Assembly: GCF_006345805.1 (NCBI RefSeq)
Contig: NC_043015.1
Span: 33,046,001-33,110,000 of the forward strand
Reading direction: 5' to 3'
Source: Octopus sinensis
Taxonomy: Eukaryota
DNA length: 64,000 nucleotides
Positions 14,200-27,222 of the stretch are shown piece by piece (position 1 is the first letter of the stretch; every line of letters starts with the position of its first letter). Below the pieces are notes generated by a model. The model saw only the letters and a list, made by a program, of their open reading frames with translations, did not search any database and was not told the origin of the DNA. Both the position numbers and the translations under genes were made by a program.

Positions 14200-14637
14200 C
14201 CCACATACACACATATATATATATATATATATGTATGTATATATATATATATATATATAATATATATATATATTATATATATATAAATATTATATAAACA
14301 TATATAAAATATATAAATGTATATATAGACATTCAAATATATATCTATATATATATATTGTATGTATTATAGATATATAAATATACATATAATTATATAT
14401 ATTATATATATTTATATATAAAAATATATATACATATTTATATATTATTATATATATTTATATTTAAAACTGATATATATTTATGTATGCATACATTGAT
14501 GTTTGTTTTCATGTGGAGTGATATATAAAAATATTTCATATTAAGTTAATATATCACTCAAAAGTTTTTTATACAATATATATATATGTTCATATATATC
14601 TATATAATATATACATACAACCATATACACATTTGTG

Positions 14638-14677
<40 letters not shown>

Positions 14678-14975
14678 TATGTAAACCTACCACTACATAT
14701 ACATATTTATAGATATGCTTACACACACACACACATATATATATACATACAAGTATATATACACATTTATATATAGATATTTTCAAATAATACATATATG
14801 TATACTTTATATATATATATATATATATATACATATATATAGATATACATACATATATAAACACACACACACACACATAGATATACACATATGCATATAT
14901 GTGTATTTGTATGTGTGTGTGTCCATCTATATATGTATGTAGTTCTATATGCCTGTAGTCATGTGTATATATATA

Positions 14976-15039
<64 letters not shown>

Positions 15040-15040
15040 A
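11210..15040. repeat. Cluster of long compound (TA)n/(TG)n/(CA)n microsatellite tracts
   Basis: Tracts at ~11210-12150, 12420-12820, 13270-13650 and 14140-15035. They are the source of the YI/CV/HT ORFs. Confidence 0.95.
13838..14045 (-). mobile_element. SINE family A
   Basis: ggcacaaggcctgaaattt...gtcgatcacatcgaccccagt...ctgccagc, preceded by an (AAT)n tail. Confidence 0.85.
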
Positions 15041-16076
15041 AGTTTCACAGAAGTTGTCTGTATCTTTCAAGGTTTGTCAGTGGCAACACTTCAGGGCCTG
15101 TGTGTGTGTGTGTGTATAAGTAAATGTCGGTCTCATACTGGTGCAAAAAGAAATTTATAATAGAAATTAGAAAAATAGTTCGTTAGAGGAGAATAATAAT
15201 AATAATATTTCATTGAGAGCGGAATGTGTGAGTTGCTACTGAGTCTCCTGGAAACCGAAATTGAAACACCAAGTACCGACTCACACAAACACAGTTCGAA
15301 ATATGTAGCACATGCACACTTATATAGATACACACACACACACACATACAATTTGTTTATCTGTTTTTTGCTTCATTAAGAATTTGTCTCTTCATCTATA
15401 CACCTGGCTAATTATCTATGTACCTATCAATCTTTCTGTCGCACACTGTCAGACTGTAAGTCTTACCTGATGGCTTACTCAACCCCTGATTGAATAAATG
15501 CTTAGGCAAAACTTCGAAGTCCCAATCAACATGACATTTATAATAAATTTGATTCTACTTTCAATACTGTGTCCCACCAACCACTAAATGTTCCCATCGT
15601 TAATCTTAAGACTAGCTTCCAAACGACAACTTCAGGTTTTACACCTGTCTATCTATCCATCTATACACTCATTCATTTGTCTATCTACCTACTGGTCTAT
15701 CTATTGGTCTATCTATTGGTCTATCTATTGGTCTATCTGTTGATCATTCCCTCTCTCACATATCTTTCTAACCATTTCAGTTTTACATTTTCCCAGGCTT
15801 TCTCTGTCACTCTCTCATTCACTCATTGTCTCTCTCTCTCTCACTCACTCACTCACTCTCTCTCTCTCTCAATACCTTAATTACTCTCTAATTCTTCTTT
15901 CTCTATCACTCTCTCTTCCAGGCTCCTCTTTTCTAGTTACTCTCTTCTTTTTTCTCCCTCTCTCTCCGACTCTCCCTCCATCTTTTCTTCTGCTTTGTCT
16001 ACTTCCCCGTCCTTCATTTGCAATATTTTCATTTCTACCCTTCATCCTCACTTCTCTCACTCTCTCTCTCTCCAAG

Positions 16077-16259
16077 AGAGAGGCAGTAAGAACGGCCCCT
16101 GTTCTATTCCGGTACAATCTCTCCATTGACTTTGAGAGTGTGAAAACAGCCATACTTGTTGACACCATTGGTTACTGTCTGTATGCAGGCCTCGTGGCTG
16201 CCTATGAGAAAGATGGTCTGAGGTCCTTCCTTGCTGAAGCCACTCTGAAATTTAGATAA
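16077..16259 (+). CDS. Candidate terminal coding exon of an unidentified gene (REAVRTAPVLFRYNLSIDFESVKTAILVDTIGYCLYAGLVAAYEKDGLRSFLAEATLKFR*)
   Basis: Unique, GC-richer sequence after a long pyrimidine tract and AG (16075-76). It gives 60 open codons with G-rich first positions and a globular composition. The strand is not certain because antisense frames are also open and have an acceptor. Confidence 0.4.
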   Translation, partial: REAVRTAPVLFRYNLSIDFESVKTAILVDTIGYCLYAGLVAAYEKDGLRSFLAEATLKFR

Positions 16260-16319
16260 AATAGGGCAATTAATTAAAGCATCATTACTGTTGTCATCAC
16301 CGCCATCATCATTATCCAC

Positions 16320-16356
<37 letters not shown>

Positions 16357-16427
16357 CTATAATCACTACAACCATCACCACCAGAAACATCACTATACCA
16401 AATGCATAAATACATACATACATATAC

Positions 16428-16498
<71 letters not shown>

Positions 16499-16499
16499 T

Positions 16500-17050
16500 T
16501 GTTTACATGGTTTGGTCATTTGACTGCAGTCATGCTAGAGCACCACCTTAAAGGGTTTTAGTCGAAGAAACCGACCCAAGGATTTATTCTTTGTAAGCCC
16601 AGTACTTATTCTGTCAGAGTCTTTTGTCGAACCGCTAAGTTATGGGAACAAAAACATACCAGCATTGGTTGTCAAGTGATGGGGGGAGGACAAACACAGA
16701 TACAAAGACACACATGCACACATAAATATATATATATATACATATATATATGACAGGCTTCTTTCAGTTTCCATCTACCAAATCCACTCACAAGGCTTTG
16801 CTCAGCTCGAGATTATAGTGCCATACAGTGGGACTGAACCTGGAACCATGTGGTTGGGAAGTAAGCTTCTTACCACACAGCCACACCTACACCTATATAT
16901 ACACAACAAGCTTCTTCCAGTTTCCATCTACCAAATACACTCGCAAGGCTTTGGTTAGCTCAGGGCTACAGTGGAAGACACTTACTCCAGCTGCCATGCA
17001 ATGGTATTGAACCCAAGAACACAGGTTGGGAAACAACCTCCTCAATTACA
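16500..17050 (-). mobile_element. SINE family B, one full copy plus a second 5' half in tandem
   Basis: cagtttccatctaccaaa...caaggctttg occurs twice (~16765 and ~16920). Confidence 0.8.
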
Positions 17051-19059
17051 CAACTCTGGCTTCTTTTATAATAATCAACATTTTTTTCAAATATCTAATG
17101 TGCTACGCAATATAATATTTTAACATTTAATGACTGTGAAACTTCAGCTTTAAAGGTCAAAAAGTTAAGATGGTATTAATAAAAGAATTTTCAAACACTT
17201 ACAATTGTTTTAAGGAAATCTCCATTACAATTTACTGAGCCAGTGCCATAATCTGAAATGGAAATTTCTGGAATTATAAATCAGTTCTCTTTAACCATTT
17301 TACATATATTTGTACAAGCTGAGATAACGAAGAATGGAATGTACGTATTTGGACATTTGTGAATATCTACAGTAGTAAGATTCTGTAAGAAGAGTCAACA
17401 CAAAACTCAGAGTGACACTGTGGAGGGAAGCGGCACCATCAAACAAATGAGCAAACTTTTCTATATAGATTAAGTATTCTTTTCTCTTATTTGTAAATCC
17501 AAATATACCCCCATTTTCAACACTAAATTCAAGAAAGTGGCCATCCACCTTATTAGCTACCACCCAGACAAACATATAATCCAGATAGACTTCCCACTCA
17601 ACAGATAACACTCTGTTCCTACAGAAGTGTCGCTCTGTCCCTATAGAACTGTTTCCTAATTTCCTATACACCCATTCACTAAACCCCAAGAGAGCTGTCC
17701 AATAAACCTATATGCATCAGTCAAGTAAATCCTTATAGACATGTCCACTAAGTTTCTATGCAACAATACTTCTGCGAAACGACATTGTTTATCAAGGAAT
17801 GGAATAGTCACAATGTATATTAATGTAGATTTGATACAGAACTCAGCACTGTAACAGTTGTTTTTGAAAGCCACTTTGGCAGTGCTTATTAATGTGGAAT
17901 TTGGTACAAAACAGAATATTGTGCTGGGTATTATTAACATCAGAGCAATTCACTGGAATTATACCACTTTTCAGTTTCCTCCATTGATCTACAGTAAATC
18001 AAATAACAACCTTTCCAGGAACAATAGTTCTGATAGTCTGTGAGACACAACAGACAAATGGCAGAGCTGGGTGAGAAGGTGAAAGGGAAGAACTCTATTT
18101 TCGTTTTATACAAAACACGGATATGCTTATTCATCTATTCCATTATTCGTTCATTTTTCCATCCATCCATTCATTCATTCATTCATTCATTCATTCGTCT
18201 ATTCGTTCATTTCTTCATTCAGTCATTCCTCTTTCTGTTCATTCATTTATTAATTCATTCTTCCATTTCATCAGTCATTCCTCTTTTCTTCATTCAATCT
18301 TCCAAGCAGGAACTTAGCAACAGACTGAGTCCATGATGTAGGCTTGGTTACCATCTAAGTAATTGAATCTTCAAAAAACGGCAACCAAATCTCCCTCAAA
18401 TCACATTCTACCTTGTTAATGAAGAGAAAGATACATTTAAATTTTACTCTTAGATACACTAACACCTGAAAATAAGGTGAGATGATCACATCTGGAGTGT
18501 CTTTGATCATAGGTCTATTCAATCGGCAGTTAAGCAACAACAACTAAGTTTATTTCAGTTCATTTTTCATAAGATTAAAGAACTTGCATTTTAAATAGGA
18601 GATAATGTTTTCCTTATGAACTTTGAATGTTATGTAGGTTTTTTTGCCAGAGTGAAGCATTCTACACAACCTTCAATATTTGTATTGTGAAAATCTTTGC
18701 TTCGTTGTTCATTATGTTTGCATTAAGGACATTTTCTTTTTTTATATGTGCTTTGTCATAATGCTTGATGATAATCTGTTGTGTATATTCCTGTCAGATT
18801 CATTTACAATTCCATTTAATTTGCATTTAGTCAGTTTCAGTCAGGTGATAAAATGGACAACAATGTTAGGCTGACAATCAACTGAGGGTGAGACGGGTCA
18901 GCCTGCTTGCCACAAACACATAACGGCAGAGATGCTACAATGGGATAACTAATGATGGTCAATTATTTAGTGTCATGCTCTGTCCAGTTTTTAATAGGAT
19001 CTAATGGATAGTTATGATATATTAAATATTAAACAGAACAAAGCATAGAGTGGCCATGT

Positions 19060-19393
19060 AACAGAACGTTTAGGACAGGCTCTCCGTCAGTTATGGTAAT
19101 GAGGGTCCCAGTTGATCCAATCAACCAAACAACCTGCTTATAATGTGCATGTGGCTGAGCGCTCCACAGACACATGTACCCTTAACATAGTCCTCAGAGA
19201 GATTCAGCATGACACAGAATGTGACAAGGCTGGGCCTTTGAATTACAAGTACAACTCATTTTTGCCAGCTGAGTGGACTGGAGCAATGTGGAATAAAGTG
19301 TCTTGCTCAAGGATTCGATGTGTCACTGGGAATTGAACTCATGACCTTACAATTGTGTGCCAAATGCTCTAAACACTTAACCACATGCCTTCA
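19060..19393 (-). mobile_element. tRNA-derived SINE family F (ccttgagcaagacacttta box)
   Basis: The minus strand reads tgaaggcatgtggttaagtgtttagagc...gagttcaattccc...ccttgagcaagacacttta. Related copies at 27850-28180, 49425-49750 and 53896-54200. Confidence 0.85.
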
Positions 19394-19605
19394 TGGAGAA
19401 GAAATATATACATGATAATGAAAACAAATTAACAGAGGTAATTAAAGGATCATACTCACGGTATTTGATATAATAAAAAATGTTATCTAAATTAACAGTC
19501 CATAACCTGACCCAGGATCGCTGTTCAGGGATATACTGATCCCCTTCGATGAGCAACGAAGAAGATTTTTTGCTGCAAAAAGAAACACATAAGTATAAAT
19601 TATAT

Positions 19606-19655
<50 letters not shown>

Positions 19656-20835
19656 CAAATAAAATCAAAAACAGAAGACAAAGGATGTCGTGGTACACAT
19701 GTTTCAAGCTTTATAAACGACCTGTTCTTACATCAGTGTATAATAGATATAAAGGATGGTTTAAAGCTCTCTTCAGCCACATGCATTGTTATTCCTGAGA
19801 AAGTGTATTTGTGTGTGTATATATATATATAAAAACAGTAGTGTCAGCAGTAAGAAGTGATGAGGAATAAACAAACTTTAGATAAAATATGCTTGTGACA
19901 TATTTGAACTCCTAAAGGCAAACTCACAGCATTTACCAAAAAATTCTTGCTTATGGTAAAAGGTGTGAAAACACCTCTTATCTGCTTGGTATCTTTCCCT
20001 AGTGAACTCACCCAAGGTTGTCTCTCTTCAGTATCTCCTACTGAGGAAGGCTAAACAACTTGAAATGCATCTAGGAGTCTACTAGTGAGAGACACGAAAC
20101 AGTTAGATTGTTTTTACACCTTTTACCATGAATGAGAACTTTTTCCATGGTAAATGCAGAGAATTTGCCTTTAGAAGTCAAAATAAGTTACAAACATATT
20201 TTAATTAACCTAAAGTGCATGTGTGTCTGTGTGTGCGTGTGCGTGTGTGTCTTGGCCGTCATCACCAAAAACACACATAAAGTCTGTATGCAATATCATC
20301 AACAACAACTGTTCTAATAATTTCTTAAAGAAATATCAAGAATCCAATAAGAATAGCAGTGGTTTGTGGCATCAAAACTCTGCTACTGAGCAATCCCAGC
20401 ATTCACCTCAAAATTCATTATTTTATCTGGAAACACACAAGCATCCAAACTATTGGCTTGCTCTTGCATTACAACAAATTAACTTTAATTATTTTTGTTA
20501 ATGAATTTTTAATAATTTATTACTCAGGCACAAAGCTTGCTTTTGTAGCGGAGTAATATAGTTCATTATATCAATTATTGCCCTGAAAACAATTGGTTTT
20601 GTATTCTACAGCCATAGTCAATTCACAGTCTTAACACCTACTGCTGCTACTGCTACTACTACTACTACTATGGAAATGTATGGAGTAGCAGAAGGAGAAC
20701 TGATTTAACACAGGAGAGGAATCTTCTGGGGGAACAGTGTATTCCCCACTAATCTTTGTACTGGGAATGATTCCCTTGAGTGAAATACTGCTGAAGACAA
20801 AGGTGGGGTATGATCTGGGAAGTGGCAATGGAAGT

Positions 20836-21067
20836 CTAACCCTTTCGTTACCGTATTTATTCTGAAATACTCTGTCAGGTTTCTTTCAATTAATTATAAA
20901 TATAACAAAGAATTTAGTAAAATAATGTGGTTATCATTAAGCTGGTGTTAGGAACATAAATTGTGATTAAGGTTTGGTGGAAAGTTTTAATTCAAAACTT
21001 ATGAAAACAAGACATTTGTACTCAGAGCCAGAACCGGTTTCAGCCGGGTTGGTAATGAAAGGGTTAA
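20836..21067. mobile_element. piggyBac-like MITE
   Basis: TIRs (c)taaccctttcgttacc / ggtaatgaaagggttaa, with TTAA on the right and CTAA on the left. Confidence 0.7.
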
Positions 21068-21069
21068 TC

Positions 21070-21462
21070 ACCTGTTATTCATGGTTGATTTTGAAGTTGT
21101 TCACAAAAAGTGAAACAGAACTGGACAGTCTGGTTCACTCGGTGCATATTTTCTCAAATGATATCAAGATGGAGTTTAGAGTTTCAAAATGTGTTGTGAT
21201 GGTGATGAGATGAGGAAAGTTTGGCCGGAACAGAAAGTATATTTATGTCAAGGGATGAAATGATGAAATGATGAAGGCAATTGAACCTGAGTCTAGATAT
21301 AAATACCTGGGAATACTTGAGGCCGAGGGAATTAAACGTAATGATATGAAAGAAAAGACATGAATTTATGGCCAAAATTATGTTCCTGGCATTCAACTTT
21401 GAATTCAACATTTTTCTCAGTCGCCACAAATACTCTTTTGTTGTCTTTTCTTTCATATCGTT
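21070..21462 (+). mobile_element. R4/Dong-like non-LTR retrotransposon RT remnant, 3' part inverted
   Basis: Plus strand: KLFTKSETELDSLVHSVHIFSNDIKMEFRVSKC and RYKYLGILEAEGIKRNDMKEK. The continuation MKEKTTKEYLWRLRKMLNSKLNARNIILAINS is on the minus strand (21361-21459). Confidence 0.75.
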
Positions 21463-21790
21463 ATGTGCGCAACATGGTAATCTCATATCAAGGTAAGCAG
21501 AGCATGGCCTTGCAGGTGGGGGCCCAGTTAAAATTTTCTTCAAGTTGATTAGCCCATCCTTGAATAAGGGTTGTTTATGGATGTTGAATGAAACACCCAT
21601 GTTTCCAGAGGTGAATTATTCAAACCCACCAAAATTCCTCTCAACTCATGGCTATGTTGCGCACATACGGTTGTGATGCATGTGCCTGGTGTACTCCTAT
21701 CAGGTGAGAACTCATGATGGGTATACTGGGCTTCATATATTTTACCCCAGTGTCACTTTGATGGCATGCATTGTTTTCTCACTCAATAAT
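21463..21790. repeat. Family G copy with its 5' part inverted
   Basis: 21463-21653 is the reverse complement of 25430-25640, while 21654-21790 matches 25627-25760 directly. Confidence 0.8.
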
Positions 21791-22364
21791 AATAATAATA
21801 ACAGTGCTTTCTACTAAGGGCACAAAACCTAAAATTACATTGACCCCCAGTGTTTCACTGGTACTTATTTTATCGACTTCAAAAGGACGAAAGGTAAAGT
21901 TGATCCCGGCAGAATTTGAACTCAGAACGTAAAGACAGATGAAATATCACTAAGCATTCCGCCTGCTGGCATGTTAGCAATTCAACCATCTCACTGCCTT
22001 AATAATAATAATAATAATAATAATAACAACAACAATAACAAAAACAACAATGATAATAATAAAAATTTGTCTAAGGTAAGGCAGCAAATACCCTACAGCC
22101 TCAGCAACAATGGTCATAAAGACACCCCAATCTCTGTAGATACCACAAAATATACTGGAACCTCAGGAACAACAATAGTCACAAGACACCACTATCTCCA
22201 TACTATATAGGTACTACAACACCAACAAGAATATTTAGAAATGATGTCTGCTTTAACGAGTGTCAACAAGAATAGAACACAACTACCACACGCTACCACA
22301 ACCAACATTACTACTGCTAGTAGTACTACCTACCACTCAATTACTCTCACCATACCATCACATG

Positions 22365-22484
22365 TCTACACACACACACATACATACACACACACATACA
22401 TACACTCACACACACACACACACATATGCACGCACACACACAAACACACACATACACACATACAGACTCACACACACACAAACA

Positions 22485-22540
<56 letters not shown>

Positions 22541-22760
22541 AACACACACTCACACACAAACACACACATACACACACACACACACAAACACACACATACA
22601 CACACACACACGCATGCACACACGCACACGCACACACACAAACACAAACACACACACACACATACACACACACACACGCATGCACACACGCACACACACA
22701 CACACAAACACAAACACACACATACACACACACACGCATGCGCACACACACACACATTCG
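22365..22760. repeat. Compound (CA)n microsatellite with higher-order duplicated blocks
   Basis: cacacacgcatgcacacacgcac recurs at ~22605 and ~22672. Confidence 0.95.
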
Positions 22761-23123
22761 TATTCACACCTGACAGTCTCCAGGATATTCAACATTTATT
22801 ATTAAAAAGGTTGAAATGTCAGTAAAACACCAAAAGACTTGAGATTCTATAAAATATGGGGTTTTTTGCACTTGTAGAACTCTTGAAGAATAATTCTTGT
22901 GCCAAGCTGACATTTTCAAGAAGGCAAATTATGAACAAAAGCAAGCAAAAACAAAGTCAACGTATTGCCAGAGTGTAACGAAAAGATTCTGGATTAACTC
23001 CTCACAGAATCAGACCAAAGTTAGAATTCCTTGCATAATTCTTGACATTTCAAGATTTGGTTGAGTAGAAGAGTACAATGACAGCAGAGTAAGTTCTGGT
23101 AAAGAGTATTCACAGAAAGAGGA

Positions 23124-23520
23124 ATTTTACAACAATGTTGTCATAGCAATAGAAATTTCGCTACAGTGTAGTCATGGCAACAGAGATTTTACTACAATGC
23201 ACTCAAAGCAACAGAGATTTTATTCCAATGTAGTCATAGCAACAGAGATTTTGCTACAGTGTACTCATAGCAACAGAGATTTTGCGGCAATATTGTCATA
23301 GTAACAGAGATTTTACTACAATGTAGTCATGGCAACAGAGATTTTACTACAATGCACTCAAAGCAACAGAGATTTTATTACAATGTAGTCATAGCAACAG
23401 AGATGTTACTACAATATTGTCATAGTAACAGAGATGTTGCTACTGTGCAGTCGCAGTGACAGAGATTTAGCGACAATGTAGTCATGACAACAAAAATTTT
23501 GTTACAATGAAGTCAGGGCA
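23124..23520. repeat. 31-bp minisatellite, ~13 units, carrying X-box-like motifs
   Basis: Consensus tgtagtcatagcaacagagattttactacaa. Motif starts fall at 23137, 23168, 23199 ... 23509 with an exact period of 31. Confidence 0.95.
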
Positions 23521-23689
23521 AAGGGGCCGTTTGGCTGAAAACTTCCTCCACTTACATCAATAATGATTTTGAAAAAGGCATGAATATCACAAATCCTCAT
23601 CTATTAGACCTATAAACAAACTTGTGTCTTTACAAATTCTGCATCCATGTATGTGTGTATCTTTTTCTGTGTTTTTTCTTTTGTCTTTT

Positions 23690-24010
23690 TTTTTATTCTT
23701 TTACTTGTTTCAGTCATTTGACTGTGGCCATGCTGGAGCATCACAGATATTTTATGATTTTCTTGTTTCAGCAATTAGACTGTGGCCATGCTGGGGCACT
23801 GCCTTGAAGAATTTTTAGTTGGACAAACGACCCAAGAACTTTTTTTTTAAGCCTGCTACTTCTGTCGGTCACTTTTGCCAAAATCACTAAATAATGAGGA
23901 TGTAAACAAACCAACACTGGTTGTTAAGCTGTGGTCAAGGACAAACACAGACACAAAAACACACACATATACGACAGGCATCTTTCAGTTTCCATCTACC
24001 AAATCTACTT
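23690..24010 (-). mobile_element. SINE family B (with a duplicated 3' end)
   Basis: gactgtggccatgctgg occurs twice (23720 and 23778), followed by the family B body. Confidence 0.8.
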
Positions 24011-24212
24011 TCAAATTTTGGCTCAAGGCCATCAATTTCAGTGGAGAGAGTAAGTCAATTACATCAGCCCCAATATTCAATTGGTACTAATTTTATCGAT
24101 TCCAGAAGGATACAGTACAAAGTCGACCTCAATGGAATTTGAAGGCAGAACATGAAGATGGACAAAATGCCACTAAGCATTTTACTTGGCGAGCTGGCAC
24201 CTCTGCCAGCTT

Positions 24213-24460
24213 GTGAAAGGTAGAAGAGTCCAGTTTGCTGGACATTGTTGTAGAGCTGAAAACGAGGTAATTTCTACTCTTCTCCTCTGGAAGCCATCTG
24301 CTCGCGATACCAGAGGGTGCAGACACTCCTACCCTGATGTAATCTCCAGGGTACAGGCATCCAGCAACAGGACCTCCGTAATGCTATGATGGACCATGAG
24401 GTCTGGTGTAACATAGTAAATTCCATTGTCTCGACCACAGCCGAACAATGATGATGATGA
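24213..24460 (+). mobile_element. RTE-clade LINE 3' end with (GAT)n tail
   Basis: RRVQFAGHCCRAENEVISTLLLWKPS...YPDVISR...AMMDHEVW, ending in aatgatgatgatga. Confidence 0.75.
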
Positions 24461-24970
24461 CCCTACTGTAGCCCTAATGTTTAATATCATAACCACTGCC
24501 AACTATAATCCTCGATCCTAACAACTATAACCACCAATATTAACTGCTATAACCACCAATACTATAAACCTACTATAAATTCCAAGACTAACTTTTATAC
24601 CAACTACTCAACTACGAATACATGAAAGGAATTTTCTTGCTATATTCCTCTATGTGTGTGGAAAGTATTTCTATTGCATCTTTTTCAAATAACTGATTTC
24701 ATTGTTCATAAACTCATAGCTTATCTAATAAAAAAAGACATGCCGAATAGAGCTCAACCATTTCTGTAATATCAAGAAAACTTGTTTGAAATAATAATAA
24801 AAAAAAATTATTTCAAAGAGCCAAAATGAAAATTCTCAATTTAATTTTGAACCTTCTTCCTTGCTGTAGTTTGTCAGATGTATATGCAAGCAATGAAGCA
24901 GACACTTGCAAGCTTCAGTAGTTTGTGAGATAGCATGTTAGATAAATAAATAATAATAATAATAATAATA

Positions 24971-25052
<82 letters not shown>

Positions 25053-25209
25053 TGAACGAACTAGTGAGTTTAGTTTAATGGCCTATCAATGTATACTATG
25101 AGTTTCTTTGCCCTAGGAGTCGGGAAGACACTCGGCAAGAAATGGAAGCAAATTTGAAAGAAGAAGAAAAAAAGATAACAATAATAATAATAATAATAAT
25201 AATAATAAT

Positions 25210-25760
25210 TGAAGTACCAGGCAGTGGCTCTCATGGCTTCTGATCTTAACTGATTGGAAGTGTTATCATGTACATTGTTTTGTCTTGGTATAAAAGATGG
25301 GCTACAGTAAATATTCTGCTCAATACCACAGATTTGCTTGTCAGTTGTTTGACCTTAACCAGTTGAGCATGTCCCTTAGTGGCTGACGATATGTGCATCT
25401 CTGATTACAAGCAGAAGTAGTGGGGGAGCATCATAGCCATGTGTTGAGAGGGATTCTTTGGAGTTTGAATAATTCACCTCTGGAAACATGGGTGGTTCTT
25501 TCAACATCCTTAAACAACTCTTATTCAGGGACCTTTTGAGCGGGTTGGGCTACTCAACCTGAAGAAAATTCTAACTGGGCCCCACCTGCAAGGTCATGTG
25601 CTGTTTATCTTGATATGAGATCACCATGTCGTGCACATATGGTTGTGATGCATGTGCCTGGTGTACCCTTATCAGACGGGTAGTCATGATGGGTATATTG
25701 GGCTTCGTATATTTTACCCCAGTGTCACTTTGATGGCATGCACTGCTCTCTCACTCAATA
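25210..25760 (+). repeat. Interspersed repeat family G, most complete copy, flanked by (AAT)n
   Basis: Reference copy for the partial copies at 3780 and 21463. Confidence 0.8.
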
Positions 25761-25766
25761 ATAATA

Positions 25767-25811
<45 letters not shown>

Positions 25812-25939
25812 AATTATTGTATACAGTGCTCAGGTGCACTGAGAGACACAAGCAATCGAGTAAGCAAACAGTTTTGGGGGGGAAAAAACCAGTAGCAAAT
25901 AATTTTTGAATGTTTGAGTATTTTCAATGGTGATAATGA

Positions 25940-26151
25940 TGGCAGACACATGTGTGGCTGAGTGGTAAGAAGGTTCCTTTCCAACCACATGGCTCTGGGT
26001 TCAGACACATTGGGCAAGTGGCCTCTAATATGGTGTCAAGCTGACCAAAGCCTTGAGTGGAATTGGTAGAGAGAAACTGAAAAGAAGCCCATTGTATATA
26101 TGTATGTATGTATGTATGTTGTATGTATGTATGTATGTATGTATATATATA

Positions 26152-26198
<47 letters not shown>

Positions 26199-26318
26199 AT
26201 GTATGTATGTATATATTATGTATGTATGTATGTATGTATTAAGGAAAAGGAAGCAGTCAAAATTTTGGGTAATTCATTTAGCACTTTCATCCATTCATGA
26301 GGATTTTTCAAATACTCT

Positions 26319-26364
<46 letters not shown>

Positions 26365-26550
26365 CTTTGTTTGTTCCCCACCACCACCAGTGTTGGTGTG
26401 TTTACATCTCTGTAATTTAGCAATTAGGCAAAAAAGACCGATAGAATAAGTACCAGGCTTTTAAAACTAAAAGTGCTGGGGTTGGTTTATTCAACTAAAA
26501 TTCTTCAAATCAGTGCCCCAGCATGGTCGCAGTCTGATGACTGAAACAAG
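25940..26550 (+). mobile_element. SINE family B with a greatly expanded central microsatellite
   Basis: 5' half at 25945-26095, then (TATG)n/(TA)n/(TG)n, then the 3' half at 26365-26550. Confidence 0.75.
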
Positions 26551-27188
26551 TAGAAGATAAAAGATAAAAGATGGTAGCATTGAATTAAAGAAAATTATTA
26601 CAGATGCGATGCTTATGGCCAAGCGTTCAGCAGAAATGTATAAAATATGGTTTGCTTCATTTGTCTGGGTTTTGAATAAAAGGAAAAATTTAATGGAGGA
26701 GGTTGTTATAATCATAAATCAATTGGAATAATATATTAAATGTAGGAAGAACGAAATGAGTAGGTGTTTAAATTGACAGAGAGATGTGAGACAGAATTAG
26801 AGTCATAATTTGTGTGTATGTATATAAGCATGTATGTGTGTATGTGATGTGTCATGTGTGTAGGTGTGTGTGTGAGTGGAGGGAAGGTGTAGATATGTCT
26901 GTTCGTCTTGAAAAAAGTGTCTTAGAATGGCACCAGAATATATGCAACTCTAAGGGATAAGAAATATTGGCTTCAAGTTTTGGCACAAGGCCAGCAATTT
27001 TGGAGGATGGTGTAAGTTGATTATATTAACCCCAGTGCTCAATGGGTACTAAAAGATGATAGGCAGAGTCGACTTTGGCAGAATTTAAATTCAGAACATG
27101 CCAGGCACAGTAACAATTCTACCTGCTCACCACCTTCGAAGACATTGAAATATCAACAACAGAGCAGAGGTTCAATCAATGAGTGCTC

Positions 27189-27222
<34 letters not shown>

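Noticed and set aside
10467-15351. Numerous ORFs rich in YI/CV/HT dipeptides (also at 22.2-22.8, 43.3-43.7, 46.6-46.9, 49.7-50.2 and 61.3-61.7 kb)
   Set aside because: They are translations of (TA)n, (TG)n and (CA)n microsatellites, which lack stop codons in some frames.
23124-23520. CRISPR-like regular repeat
   Set aside because: The units are contiguous with no unique spacers, there are no cas genes, and the DNA is eukaryotic.
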